Positions 1-8,950 of a stretch of DNA of 60,229 nt are shown in pieces. The position numbers and the translations under genes were made by a program. Origin of the DNA: an uncultured Planctomycetales bacterium (GTDB lineage: Bacteria > Omnitrophota > Gorgyraeia > Gygaellales > Profunditerraquicolaceae); assembly GCA_964579435.1 (NCBI GenBank), contig CAZOGI010000009.1, forward strand, positions 1-60,229, in the 5' to 3' direction. Under the pieces are notes generated by a model. It worked only from the letters and a program-made list of their open reading frames with translations. It searched no databases and was not told the DNA's origin. Each line of letters starts with the position of its first letter. Within the stretch, counting starts at the first letter, position 1.

Positions 1-39
1 CCAGCAACCGAAGGTTCTTGAGAGAAAAATGCAGGGATC

Positions 40-1278
40 TTATGCCTGAACCGTCAGAATCTTCGTTGCAATATCCGGATAGGTTGCAAGAAAACGCAGT
101 TCATCATCGGTCAGCGGTTTCTGGGTATGCAGATTGGCAAGCTGCACAAGCTCAAGAACACGGCGGGCCGCTTCGTCACTTTCAAAACTGATTCCCAGTT
201 TTTCGTACACATGGCGAAAGCCTTTCATCCCGCCATATGCACCGGTGGTAATGATGCGTCCGGTTTCGCGCATCACGGGAGTGCCGCGACCAATCTCTTC
301 GGGCTGAAACAGTTCGTACGTCCCGGCGCTCTTGAGCGTGCTGTCCACATGGATTCCGGACTCGTGGGCAAAGATATTGTCACCGACTCCCGGCTGGTTG
401 ATCGGTATGGGCACCCCGAAGGCGTAGGAGGCATACTTGCTCAGTTTCCATGCCGCCTTCAGATTCACCCGCTCGTCGAGCCGGTACCCCTGCAGGCCGC
501 TGCCGTAGCGCAGGGCAAGGATCACCGAGACCAGGTCGGCGTTACCCGCGCGCTCCCCCATCCCGTTGACGCAGGTATTGATGTAGGCGTCCTGCCCGCC
601 GTCGAGAGCCGCCTTCGCCCCGGCGACCGACGTCGCCACGACCATACCCAGGTCGTTATGGCAATGGATCTCTACCGGCATCTTCACCGCCGCCACCAGC
701 GCCGCGATGCGTTCGTACATGCTAAAGGGCGTGTCGTAGCCGAGGGTGTCGCAGTAGCGGATCCGGTCGGCTCCCGCCGCCTTTGCCGCCGCCGAGAACT
801 CGATCAGGTATTCCATGCGCGTGCGCGAAGCGTCCTCCGCATTGACGCCGATGGAGACCGCCCCGGCCGTGCGCGCCGCCGCGACCGCGTCGGCCATCTC
901 TTTGATAACCGAGGCGTGGTCGAGCTTGCCCTTGAATTTATGCACGATCATCTGGTCGGAGGTCGAGATCGAAAGATTGACGTGGCGCAGCTTCGGCACG
1001 AGGGCGAACGCCGCGCGCACGTCCTCGTCCGTCGCCCTCAGCCAGCCGCCCAGCCGTATCGGCTGCAGCGCGCCCCTCTCGACCAGTTCAAGGTTGGCAT
1101 TGAGGTAATTCGTCTCATGGTGGGTCAGGGGAAAACCGAACTCCGACTGAAAAACCCCCAGGTCGTTGAGCATGAGGTTGAGCATCGTCTTTTCCAGCTT
1201 CGAGAGACAGATGCGGGAGGTTTGCACCCCGTCCCGGTTCGTGACGTCGAGCAGATAGATCGTGTTCTGTCTTGCCAT
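40..1278 (-). CDS. HMGL-like enzyme of the 2-isopropylmalate / homocitrate / citramalate synthase family
   Basis: 412-aa ORF. 'LLDVTNRDGVQT' is a variant of the DTTLRDGxQ loop. 'EIHCHNDLGM' and 'NGMGERAGNA' are metal-site motifs typical of the family. AAGGAG lies 7 nt upstream of the ATG. Substrate not assignable by eye. Confidence 0.75.
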   Translation of the reverse strand: MARQNTIYLLDVTNRDGVQTSRICLSKLEKTMLNLMLNDLGVFQSEFGFPLTHHETNYLNANLELVERGALQPIRLGGWLRATDEDVRAAFALVPKLRHVNLSISTSDQMIVHKFKGKLDHASVIKEMADAVAAARTAGAVSIGVNAEDASRTRMEYLIEFSAAAKAAGADRIRYCDTLGYDTPFSMYERIAALVAAVKMPVEIHCHNDLGMVVATSVAGAKAALDGGQDAYINTCVNGMGERAGNADLVSVILALRYGSGLQGYRLDERVNLKAAWKLSKYASYAFGVPIPINQPGVGDNIFAHESGIHVDSTLKSAGTYELFQPEEIGRGTPVMRETGRIITTGAYGGMKGFRHVYEKLGISFESDEAARRVLELVQLANLHTQKPLTDDELRFLATYPDIATKILTVQA

Positions 1279-1303
1279 AGGGTCACTCCTTGTTATACGA
1301 TGA

Positions 1304-3082
1304 TCAACGTTTCTTTTGCGGGCCGAAAAGCCGTTTGAACTCCGCGGGGTTGGGATCCCCGCGCGTGGTAAAAATCTCCCGGTTATCGATAAGGTATGCC
1401 GGGCCGAAAAGTACGCCGATCTCCCGGTTCAGGAAGATCGATTCCTTCAGCAGCGCCGCCCCTTCAGGAGAACGCGCGCAGGCACGCACCGCCGCCGGCG
1501 CGCCCGGCGGAAGGCACTCCTCCCACCAGGTGCTTTCGATCGAAGCGCTGCGGCAGATCAGGTACCGCCAGAAAGCGTCGGGGAAATGTTTCTGCACGCA
1601 GACGGCGCGCAGATACTCCTCGGTCTCGCGCAACCCCTGCTTGGTGTCGAAACCGTCCTTTGTCTCGGTGGCGAGGAAATGGACCGAAGGCCGGTACTCC
1701 TGAATGCTCTCCAGGACGCGCGGGGTTACCGCGTCGAAGAGACTGACGAACAAATCCAGCGCCCCGGTGCGCAGCGGCCGCGCGGTGAAAAAGGTCACCC
1801 CGCCGTATTCGGGCTTCAGGACATACCAGGCGCCCTTGCGGTCAAACTGCGCCTTGATCTTTTCAAAGACCGGCTCGGTTTCGGCCGAGCTGCTCAGCAG
1901 GAACGCCGGCAGGGTGTTCATGCCGACTGAGCGCAGGAGCTGTTCGCTGCGCGCCCCGGGATACGCCACGGTCGTCACCTTGAGGCCCGGAAAGAGCGAC
2001 TGCAACATCTGCACGATCTGCTGCGGATCGCCGGTGCGGGCGGCTTTGGGCAGCACGACCGTCAGATCGACGGCAGCGGGCTTAACGAACGAACAGGCCG
2101 CCTGCGGAGTGCCGGAGCCGCTGCAGGCGCCGCGGAACCCTTTTTTACGGCAGTCCGCATCCGAAAAACACTGCGGCAGGATCTGCTGTATGTCGGGATC
2201 CGGGAGTACCGCATCCGACAGGCGCACCTCTTCGACGGTGCACTCCTGTATCCGCTCCTGCGCATCGAGCTGAAGATGCATCACGCCCAGACGCCGGCCC
2301 TGCCAACTCGCCTTGGCAATGAACGAATTGCCGCGCTTGAGCGCGGGCTTTCCTTCGGGCAGAGCGCCGTGGCTGGAGATGAGCACCTCGATACCTTTCA
2401 CCTCATCGACCAAAGCCTCATCCGCCCCTTCATCGAGCTGACTGAGCACGATCACCAACTGCGCCCCCTCAGCGCGGGCCGCTTCGACCGTTTCCCTGAC
2501 CGAGCGCACCGGCTCAAAAAAGGTGAGCTCCGGGGCACGGCGCATCGCCGAGAGGGCGGTCACGCCGATGAGGGCAACTTTGACCCCGGCTACCTCTTTG
2601 ATCACGAAGGGCTTGACCGCCTCGCTCAAACCCTTGATATTGCAGGAGACAAAGGTAAAATCCGCCTCCCGTGCACGGGCCGAAAAGAATTCCGTCCCGA
2701 AGGAAAACTCCTCCTCCGTCACGTTGGCCGCGTCATACCCCATCAGCCGCATGGCCGTCAGCTGCACGCGCGTGCGCGTCTCGTCGAGATCGGCGTTGAC
2801 GCTGTGCTCGTCGAAGGCCCCCCCCGCGAAACTGGCCCCCGCATCGACGAGAAGCGCCTGGGGATATTTTTGGCGCAGCTGTTTCAGGAGCGTGGCGCGG
2901 CGGGCGATCCCGCCGTCGGGCTCCAGCGGGCAGTTGCACTGATAGAGCATCGCGTGCGTCTCACCGGTAAAGAAAACGGTCAGCTCCTTCGCCTCAAGCC
3001 TCGCCCACCCCATCCCTGCCAGGAGACAGGCGACAAACAATGCCCTTATTCCTTGTGTCCGGTGCCTGGTGTCTTGTGTCAT
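1304..3082 (-). CDS. Exported 5'-nucleotidase/metallophosphoesterase-like protein with substituted metal-binding motifs, Cys-rich linker and thioredoxin-like C-terminal region
   Basis: 592 aa. N-terminal signal peptide 'ALFVACLLAGMGWARLEA'. UshA-like layout: 'VFFTGETHAM', 'LLVDAGASFAG', 'MGYDAANVTEEEF'. C-terminal 'YLIDNREIF' resembles a DsbA/thioredoxin fold. Starts 7 nt after the serA stop. Confidence 0.6.
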   Translation of the reverse strand: MTQDTRHRTQGIRALFVACLLAGMGWARLEAKELTVFFTGETHAMLYQCNCPLEPDGGIARRATLLKQLRQKYPQALLVDAGASFAGGAFDEHSVNADLDETRTRVQLTAMRLMGYDAANVTEEEFSFGTEFFSARAREADFTFVSCNIKGLSEAVKPFVIKEVAGVKVALIGVTALSAMRRAPELTFFEPVRSVRETVEAARAEGAQLVIVLSQLDEGADEALVDEVKGIEVLISSHGALPEGKPALKRGNSFIAKASWQGRRLGVMHLQLDAQERIQECTVEEVRLSDAVLPDPDIQQILPQCFSDADCRKKGFRGACSGSGTPQAACSFVKPAAVDLTVVLPKAARTGDPQQIVQMLQSLFPGLKVTTVAYPGARSEQLLRSVGMNTLPAFLLSSSAETEPVFEKIKAQFDRKGAWYVLKPEYGGVTFFTARPLRTGALDLFVSLFDAVTPRVLESIQEYRPSVHFLATETKDGFDTKQGLRETEEYLRAVCVQKHFPDAFWRYLICRSASIESTWWEECLPPGAPAAVRACARSPEGAALLKESIFLNREIGVLFGPAYLIDNREIFTTRGDPNPAEFKRLFGPQKKR

Positions 3083-3089
3083 GTCGCCT

Positions 3090-4676
3090 TCAGAGCCTGA
3101 TCACCTTCGCATCGAGGATATTCTCGATCTTCTTGACCTTCTCCAGGAGCTCCGGAGAAATGACGCTGTCGACGTTCAGGACGCTGATCGCCTTGCCCCC
3201 CGGCGTCTGCCTGCCGAAGGTCATCGCGGCGATATTGACCCCGTGGTTGCCCATGAGGGTGCCGAGGTTGCCGATGATGCCGGGACGATCCCAGTTCTGT
3301 ATCGTAATCATCTCTTTCGAGGGGGAAACTTCCACGTAATAGCCGTCGATCTTGACGATGCGCGGCTGTTTGTTCGCCGAGAGCGTGCCGCAGATGCTGC
3401 GCACCCCCTTGTCGGTGCGCACCTCCAACTGCACGAGCGAAACGAACTCCTGCTCGCTCGAAGACTTCGCCTCGCGCACGATGATCCCGCGTTCCTTGGC
3501 CAATGCGGTGGCGTTGACGAAATTGACCGTCTCCTTGAGTATAGGCGCCAGAACCCCCTTGACCAGCGCCATCGTCAGGGCGCTCAGGTCGTACTGGACG
3601 ATATCCCCGCCGTAGGTAATGGAGAGCTCCTGGAAACGCCCGTCGACCATCTGGCTGGCGAAAAGCCCCAGCTTCTCGCAGAGCGTGACATACGGGTCCA
3701 GCGCCCGGCTGACGTCGGCCTCCAGGCACGGGTAATTCGCCGCATTGCGTATCCCCCGCCCCAGGAGCGCGTCGCGCACGATCTCGGCCACCTCGATGGC
3801 GACATTAACCTGCGCCTCTTCGGTCGATGCCCCCAAATGCGGCGTCACCACCACCTGATCCAGCTTCAACAGCTCCAGGTCCGGGGGAACCGGCTCTTTC
3901 TCGAAAACGTCCAGCGCCGCCCCGGCGACGGTGCCGTCCTTGAGCGCCGCCGCGAGGGCCGCCTCATCGACGATACCGCCGCGCGCGCAATTGATGATGC
4001 GCACCCCCCGCTTCATGCGCGCGAAGGCGTCGGTTGAGATCATGTGCCGCGTTTCGTCGGTCAGCGGCGTGTGCACGGTAATGTAGTCCGAACGCGCCAG
4101 GAGCTCGTTCAGATCGACGATCTCGATGCCCAGCGAATCGGCGACCTGCCGGGAGAGGAACGGGTCGAAGGCAAGCACCTGCATCCCGAAGGAGAGCGCG
4201 CGCTTGACGACTTCGGTGCCGATACGGCCCAGCCCGACCACGCCCAGCGTCTTGCCGTACAGCTCCACCCCCATGAATTTCGAGCGCTTCCACTCCCCTT
4301 TTTTCGTCGAGGCGCTGGCCTGCGGGATATTACGGGAAAGCGAGAGGATCATGCTCACCGTATGCTCGGCGGTCGATATCGTATTGCCTGCGGGCGTATT
4401 CATGACGATGACGCCCTTTTGGGTCGCGGCATCCAAATCGACGTTATCCAGCCCCACCCCCGCCCTGCCGATGACGCGCAGGCGCGATGCTGCGGCGATG
4501 ACATCCTTGGTCACCTTGGTGGCGCTGCGTACGACGAGCGCATCGTAGCTGCCGATCTCCTCCTTCAAGGTTTCGGGTTTCAGGTCGGTCTTGACCGTCA
4601 CCTCAAACTCGGGCACCTCCCGCAGGATCTTAAGCCCTTCATCCGACAACGGATCGCTAACCAGTATCTTCATCAT
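3090..4676 (-). CDS. serA: D-3-phosphoglycerate dehydrogenase (long form with C-terminal ACT-type regulatory domain)
   Basis: 528 aa. Rossmann motif 'GVVGLGRIGTEV', D-2-hydroxyacid dehydrogenase core, ACT-like tail 'GIIGNLGTLMGNHGVNIAAM'. AAAGGAG upstream. Confidence 0.9.
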   Translation of the reverse strand: MMKILVSDPLSDEGLKILREVPEFEVTVKTDLKPETLKEEIGSYDALVVRSATKVTKDVIAAASRLRVIGRAGVGLDNVDLDAATQKGVIVMNTPAGNTISTAEHTVSMILSLSRNIPQASASTKKGEWKRSKFMGVELYGKTLGVVGLGRIGTEVVKRALSFGMQVLAFDPFLSRQVADSLGIEIVDLNELLARSDYITVHTPLTDETRHMISTDAFARMKRGVRIINCARGGIVDEAALAAALKDGTVAGAALDVFEKEPVPPDLELLKLDQVVVTPHLGASTEEAQVNVAIEVAEIVRDALLGRGIRNAANYPCLEADVSRALDPYVTLCEKLGLFASQMVDGRFQELSITYGGDIVQYDLSALTMALVKGVLAPILKETVNFVNATALAKERGIIVREAKSSSEQEFVSLVQLEVRTDKGVRSICGTLSANKQPRIVKIDGYYVEVSPSKEMITIQNWDRPGIIGNLGTLMGNHGVNIAAMTFGRQTPGGKAISVLNVDSVISPELLEKVKKIENILDAKVIRL

Positions 4677-4744
4677 AGAGGAAATGCTCCTTTTGCCCGC
4701 CTCAATCAGTTCCAGGCATAATAAATCGGAACTTCGATTTTACC

Positions 4745-4779
4745 TGTGTCTTGTGTCAAGTGAAACGTATCCCGTATCC
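4745..4779. repeat. Two heptanucleotide duplets in the serA upstream spacer
   Basis: TGTGTCT TGTGTCA (4745-4758), then a 7-nt gap, then CGTATCC CGTATCC (4766-4779). Confidence 0.75.
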
Positions 4780-4792
4780 GGGTTCTTCGTTG

Positions 4793-6178
4793 CTACTCTC
4801 TGCTCCCCAGCTCGGTCCCCTTCTGCTGCTGCGCCAAAACCTCTTCGCTGATCTGCCCCTGCTCATAGAGGTGGCGCACCGCGTCGTGCATCAGCAACAT
4901 CTTGAATTTAGCGCCGGTCTGCATCGTCGTCTCGATCTGCGAGAAATTCCGGCTCACCAGCCCCCGCTTGACCGCGATATTGGCCATACAGACCTCGCAG
5001 GCCAGTACGCGCCGCCCCCCCTCCTTGTGCGGCAGCAGCTTCTGCACGATGACCGCCCGCAGGACATACGCCAGGCGGTTACAGATAAACTCCTGCTGCA
5101 GGGCGGGAAAGAAGCTCATCATCCGTTCGAAAACCTGCAGGGTATCGATCCCGTGCACCGAAGCGATGACGAGGTGCCCGGTCTCCGCCGCCTGAAGCGC
5201 CGCCTCGACGCTTTCCGGATCGCGCAGCTCCCCGATCGCGATGACATCCGGATCCTGGCGCAGGGCAGCGCGTATCCCGTCGGAAAAACTGCGCACGTCA
5301 ATGCCGACCTCGCGCTGCTTGATGAGGCTCTTGACGTTATCGTGCAGGTACTCGATCGGCTGTTCCAGGGTCACGATAACGGCGCTGCGCTGCCGGTTGA
5401 TCTGGTCGATCATCGCCGTCAGCGTCGTGGTCTTGCCCGCATTCGTCGGCCCGCCGATGAGGATGAGCCCGTCGCCGAGCAGGCACAGCTCATCCACCAC
5501 CTCCGGCAGCCCCAGCGTCCGCAGATCCTGGATCTGCGGACGGATATTGCGCACGACGATCTCGGGAAAACCGCGCTGATGATAAACGTTGATGCGGAAC
5601 CGCTGATCGGGAACCGGAGAATAGGCGAAATCGATATCCCGGGACTCCTCGAACAGCTGCCGCTGAGACGGCGTCAGGAGCCCCGAGATGAGCGTGCGAA
5701 TCTCCTCCGCCCCGAACGGCTCCGCCTCCAGAGGCACCAGGCCCGCGGCCGTCCTGACCATCGCCGGGGCATTGACGGTCAAATGCAGGTCAGAGTAGTT
5801 TCCCGCGACGAGCTTGCCGAGCAGCCGGTCGATATCCATCCGGTCGAAGCGCTGGCGCAATTCATGCTGACATTTTTCGGCGACATCGACGAAATTCAGG
5901 CCGATGACGAATCTGGTTTCTGCAATACGCTCCAGGCGCGAAACGCACGCCTGCAGCGGGATCTCGCACGCCTTCGCCGCGGGAACGAAAAGGATGACCG
6001 CCAGGCGCGTATCCAGGGCAAGCGGCGTATCGCTCTCAAAGAGCAGGCCGCTTGAGCTGATGTTGCGGGTCACGGCCTTAACCGCGACCGCTTGGGGATC
6101 GGCAAGCTGATAGCGAAACCGGATACTTAAGGCAAAACGGGATTCCTTGCGGCGTTCCTGTTCCGGGGCGTTACGCAT
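4793..6178 (-). CDS. PilZ-domain / PilT-type retraction ATPase fusion
   Basis: 461 aa. N-terminal PilZ motifs 'RRKESR' (RxxxR) and 'NISSSG' ([DN]xSxxG). PilT core: Walker A 'GPTNAGKTTT', Asp box 'DVIAIGELRD', His box 'GHLVIASVHG'. AAGGAGG lies 7 nt upstream of the ATG. Confidence 0.85.
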   Translation of the reverse strand: MRNAPEQERRKESRFALSIRFRYQLADPQAVAVKAVTRNISSSGLLFESDTPLALDTRLAVILFVPAAKACEIPLQACVSRLERIAETRFVIGLNFVDVAEKCQHELRQRFDRMDIDRLLGKLVAGNYSDLHLTVNAPAMVRTAAGLVPLEAEPFGAEEIRTLISGLLTPSQRQLFEESRDIDFAYSPVPDQRFRINVYHQRGFPEIVVRNIRPQIQDLRTLGLPEVVDELCLLGDGLILIGGPTNAGKTTTLTAMIDQINRQRSAVIVTLEQPIEYLHDNVKSLIKQREVGIDVRSFSDGIRAALRQDPDVIAIGELRDPESVEAALQAAETGHLVIASVHGIDTLQVFERMMSFFPALQQEFICNRLAYVLRAVIVQKLLPHKEGGRRVLACEVCMANIAVKRGLVSRNFSQIETTMQTGAKFKMLLMHDAVRHLYEQGQISEEVLAQQQKGTELGSRE

Positions 6179-6223
6179 CCCAGGACCTCCTTGCCGTTTT
6201 AAACGGCGGCACTCAAAAAGGAG

Positions 6224-7369
6224 CTACTCCCCGCTTTTAAGGAAAACCTCCTGCGCGGCCCTGACGCCGGCGCCGAGCGCAAAAGAATACCCCATGCGCG
6301 CCAAAACCTTTTCCAGACAGGAGATCCCGACGATGATATCGAACTCTTCGATGAAACCCATATGGGCGAAACGAAAGATCTTGCCCTTCATCTCCGCCTG
6401 CCCCCCGGCGATGGTGACCCCGTGGGTATCGCGCATCGTCTTGACCAGCTTCTCTCCGTCAATGCCGTCGGGAACGACGACCGCGGTCACGACATCGGAG
6501 GCGGCGTCCGGCGCAAAGAGCTTCAGACCCAGAGCCTTCAGCGCGGCGCGCGTCGCCTCGGCCATCGTATGGTGGCGCGCGAAGACCGCCGCCAGCCCGT
6601 CCTGACGCATCATCTTGAGGCTCTCGTTAAGGGCAATCACCAGCGAGATAGCCGGCGTGAACGGGGTATCGGTGCTCTTCCATGCCTTCTGCGCGGCCTT
6701 GAGGCTGAAATAGTAGCGGGGCGATTTCGAGAGCTCGACCAGCTTCCAGGCCTTGGGGGAAACGCTGATGAATCCCAGGCCCGGCGGCATCATCAGCCCC
6801 TTCTGCGAACCCGAGACGCAGACGTCGACCTGCCACTCATCTGCCTTCAGGTCGATAGCGCCGAGGCCGCTGATCGCGTCAACCACCAAAACCGCGGCGG
6901 TCTCTTTGACCACCGCCCCGAGCGCGCGGATATCGCTCGCCGCGCCGGTGGAGGTCTCACAGAGCGTCGAGAAAACGGCCTTGATCGCGGGATTGGCCTT
7001 GAGGCGCCGCGCCACTTCCTGCGGATCGACCGCCTGCCCCCAGGGGACGCTGATCACCTCCACGCCTATCCCGTAGGCCTTGCACAGCTCGGTCCATCGC
7101 TCCCCGAACTTACCGCCCTCGATACTTAAGGCCGTATCCCCCGCAGAGAGGAGATTGACCACCGACGCCTCCATCGCGCCGGTGCCGGAAGAGGTCAGGA
7201 TAAAGACGTCGTTCTTGGTCTGAAAGACATACTGCAAGCCCGCCGCCGCTTCCTTGAGTATCTCCTGGAATTGCGGCGTGCGGTGGTGGATGATCGGCTG
7301 CGCCTCAGCCGCCAGCACCTGCGGCGGGACCGGCGTCGGTCCGGGCGTCAAAAGGTATTTTTTCCTCAT
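6224..7369 (-). CDS. Class V aminotransferase (serine-glyoxylate / phosphoserine aminotransferase type)
   Basis: 381 aa. 'LLTPGPTPVP' N-terminus and PLP-lysine motif 'SGSQKGLMMPPGLGF'. Two genes from serA, so a phosphoserine aminotransferase role is plausible but unproven. Confidence 0.8.
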   Translation of the reverse strand: MRKKYLLTPGPTPVPPQVLAAEAQPIIHHRTPQFQEILKEAAAGLQYVFQTKNDVFILTSSGTGAMEASVVNLLSAGDTALSIEGGKFGERWTELCKAYGIGVEVISVPWGQAVDPQEVARRLKANPAIKAVFSTLCETSTGAASDIRALGAVVKETAAVLVVDAISGLGAIDLKADEWQVDVCVSGSQKGLMMPPGLGFISVSPKAWKLVELSKSPRYYFSLKAAQKAWKSTDTPFTPAISLVIALNESLKMMRQDGLAAVFARHHTMAEATRAALKALGLKLFAPDAASDVVTAVVVPDGIDGEKLVKTMRDTHGVTIAGGQAEMKGKIFRFAHMGFIEEFDIIVGISCLEKVLARMGYSFALGAGVRAAQEVFLKSGE

Positions 7370-7390
7370 GGCAAAAACTCCGTCGTTTTC

Positions 7391-8002
7391 CTACGCTTTC
7401 TTCTTCTGGTCGCTGATCACTCCGTCGGTGATGCCGTACTCGAAGGCCTCCTGCGCGGACATGAAGTAGTCGCGGTCGGTGTCTTTCTGGATGCGCTCCA
7501 GCGGCTGGCCCGTATGGTGCGCGAGGATCTCGTTGATGCGGTCGCGCATCTTCAGGATCTCTTTGGCGTGGCGGGAGATATCTTCCGCCTGCCCCTGTAT
7601 GCCGCCCCAGGGCTGATGGATCATGATCCGGGAGTTCGGCAGCGAAAGCCGCTTCCCCTTGGTCCCGGCCGCCAGCAGCAGCGCCCCCATACTGGAGGCC
7701 TGCCCGACGCAGTAGGTGGCGACGTCGCACTTGACGAACTGCATCGTGTCGTAGATCGCCAGACCCGCCGTGACCGAGCCGCCGGGGGAGTTGATGTAAA
7801 CGTTGATCTCCTTGTTGACGTCTTCCATCTGCAGGAAGAGCATCTGGGCGATGATCAGGTTGGCGATCATATCGTCGATCGGGGTGCCGATGAAGATGAT
7901 GCGGTCCTTCAGGAGCCGCGAGTAGATGTCGTAGGCGCGCTCATACCCGCGCGAGGTCTGCTCGATCACCATCGGCACGAGCGTCTGATTGCGAACGGTC
8001 AT
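7391..8002 (-). CDS. clpP: ATP-dependent Clp protease proteolytic subunit
   Basis: 203 aa. Catalytic Ser 'GQASSMGA', His 'IMIHQP', Asp '[11 protein letters not shown]'. GAGGAGG lies 7 nt upstream. Confidence 0.95.
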   Translation of the reverse strand: MTVRNQTLVPMVIEQTSRGYERAYDIYSRLLKDRIIFIGTPIDDMIANLIIAQMLFLQMEDVNKEINVYINSPGGSVTAGLAIYDTMQFVKCDVATYCVGQASSMGALLLAAGTKGKRLSLPNSRIMIHQPWGGIQGQAEDISRHAKEILKMRDRINEILAHHTGQPLERIQKDTDRDYFMSAQEAFEYGITDGVISDQKKKA

Positions 8003-8032
8003 GGGAAAACCTCCTCGTTGTAAGACGAACCC

Positions 8033-8908
8033 TTATTCGCTCTTCCACTGGGCATGACGCAGCAGGAATTCCATCACCCGCCGCATCATCTGATCGTCCT
8101 GCGCGATACCCTCTTTCTTGGCGATGGCCGAAAAGAGCAGGTACACCTTGACCTGAGCGCGGGCCTGCGGTTCGATCTCGGCGCGCAGCTGGCTTTCGCG
8201 TTCTTCTATCTTTTCCTTCGGTATGCCCTTGAGTGCGAAATCGATCTTGGTGCTCTCCAGCGTCTCCTGCGTCTGGCGTTTCACCAGCGACTCGGGCAGC
8301 TGCAGCTCCAGCCCTTTGGTGAGGGCCTCGACGATCTGCGCCTCCAGCTTCTGGCGCTGGGCATTTTCTTTCTGCAGGAAAAGCTGGGCCTGGATGGTCT
8401 GCTCCAGGACCTCCACCGAAGGATACCCCAGGCTGCGGGCAAACCCCTCATCCACCGCCTCGGCCTTGCGCATCTCCTTGAGCGAATCGATGCTGCGCTT
8501 GACCTCATCGGCGGAAACGGAAACCGCCGCATACGTCATCGGTATCCCGCGGTACTCCCGCAGCTTGATCTCCGGGCTGACCTCGACGGTCGCCTTGAAA
8601 GAGAGCGCCGTCGCCTCAAGCTTCACCTCCGAGATGTCCGGCAGCTCGACGACCTCCAACCCTTCCTGCTCCAGGGCCTTCCCGTAGAGCTCGGGGATCA
8701 GCTCCCGGACGACCTGTTCATGGGCAGCCGCGGAAAAATTCTTCTGCAGGATATCGCGCGGCACATGCCCGGGACGGAACCCCGGCACCTTCGCCTCTTT
8801 ACCGAGTTTTTCGTAGACCTGGCTGAATTTATCTTTGACGACCTGGCCGTCAACGGATATGGTCAGCTCCCTTTTGACACTGTCGAGCTTCTTCACTTCG
8901 GTTTTCAT
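8033..8908 (-). CDS. tig: Trigger factor lacking the PPIase (FKBP) domain
   Basis: 291 aa. Ribosome-binding signature 'GFRPGHVP'. The N-domain runs straight into the C-terminal arm region ('...LKEMRKAEAVDEGFARSLGYPSVEVLEQ...'). Canonical tig-clpP order. Confidence 0.85.
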   Translation of the reverse strand: MKTEVKKLDSVKRELTISVDGQVVKDKFSQVYEKLGKEAKVPGFRPGHVPRDILQKNFSAAAHEQVVRELIPELYGKALEQEGLEVVELPDISEVKLEATALSFKATVEVSPEIKLREYRGIPMTYAAVSVSADEVKRSIDSLKEMRKAEAVDEGFARSLGYPSVEVLEQTIQAQLFLQKENAQRQKLEAQIVEALTKGLELQLPESLVKRQTQETLESTKIDFALKGIPKEKIEERESQLRAEIEPQARAQVKVYLLFSAIAKKEGIAQDDQMMRRVMEFLLRHAQWKSE

Positions 8909-8950
8909 TGCAATACCTTTCTGTATCGTGTTGCCGGTTCCTGTTGCCTG

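Noticed and set aside
3069-3081. Exact 13-mer GTGTCTTGTGTCA shared with 4746-4758, considered as proof of a functional site.
   Set aside because: In 60 kb, a few tens of exact 13-mer pairs are expected by chance. Only the position near starts and the heptad periodicity make it worth noting, so it is reported at low interest.
4735-4765. Sigma70 promoter TTGACA...TAAAAT upstream of serA (minus strand).
   Set aside because: The spacer between the two hexamers is only 11 nt, and no alternative pairing with 16-18 nt spacing has acceptable boxes.
6193-6207. GCCGTTTTAAACGGC palindrome between the aminotransferase and the PilZ-PilT gene, considered as a terminator.
   Set aside because: The effective stem is only ~4 GC pairs. 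It is followed on the sense strand by the AAGGAGG ribosome-binding site rather than a U-tract.
8929-8948. TGTTGCC...TGTTGCC repeat in the lptB-tig spacer, considered as another heptad array.
   Set aside because: The two copies are 13 nt apart, not in heptad phase. This is too little to call a tandem repeat.
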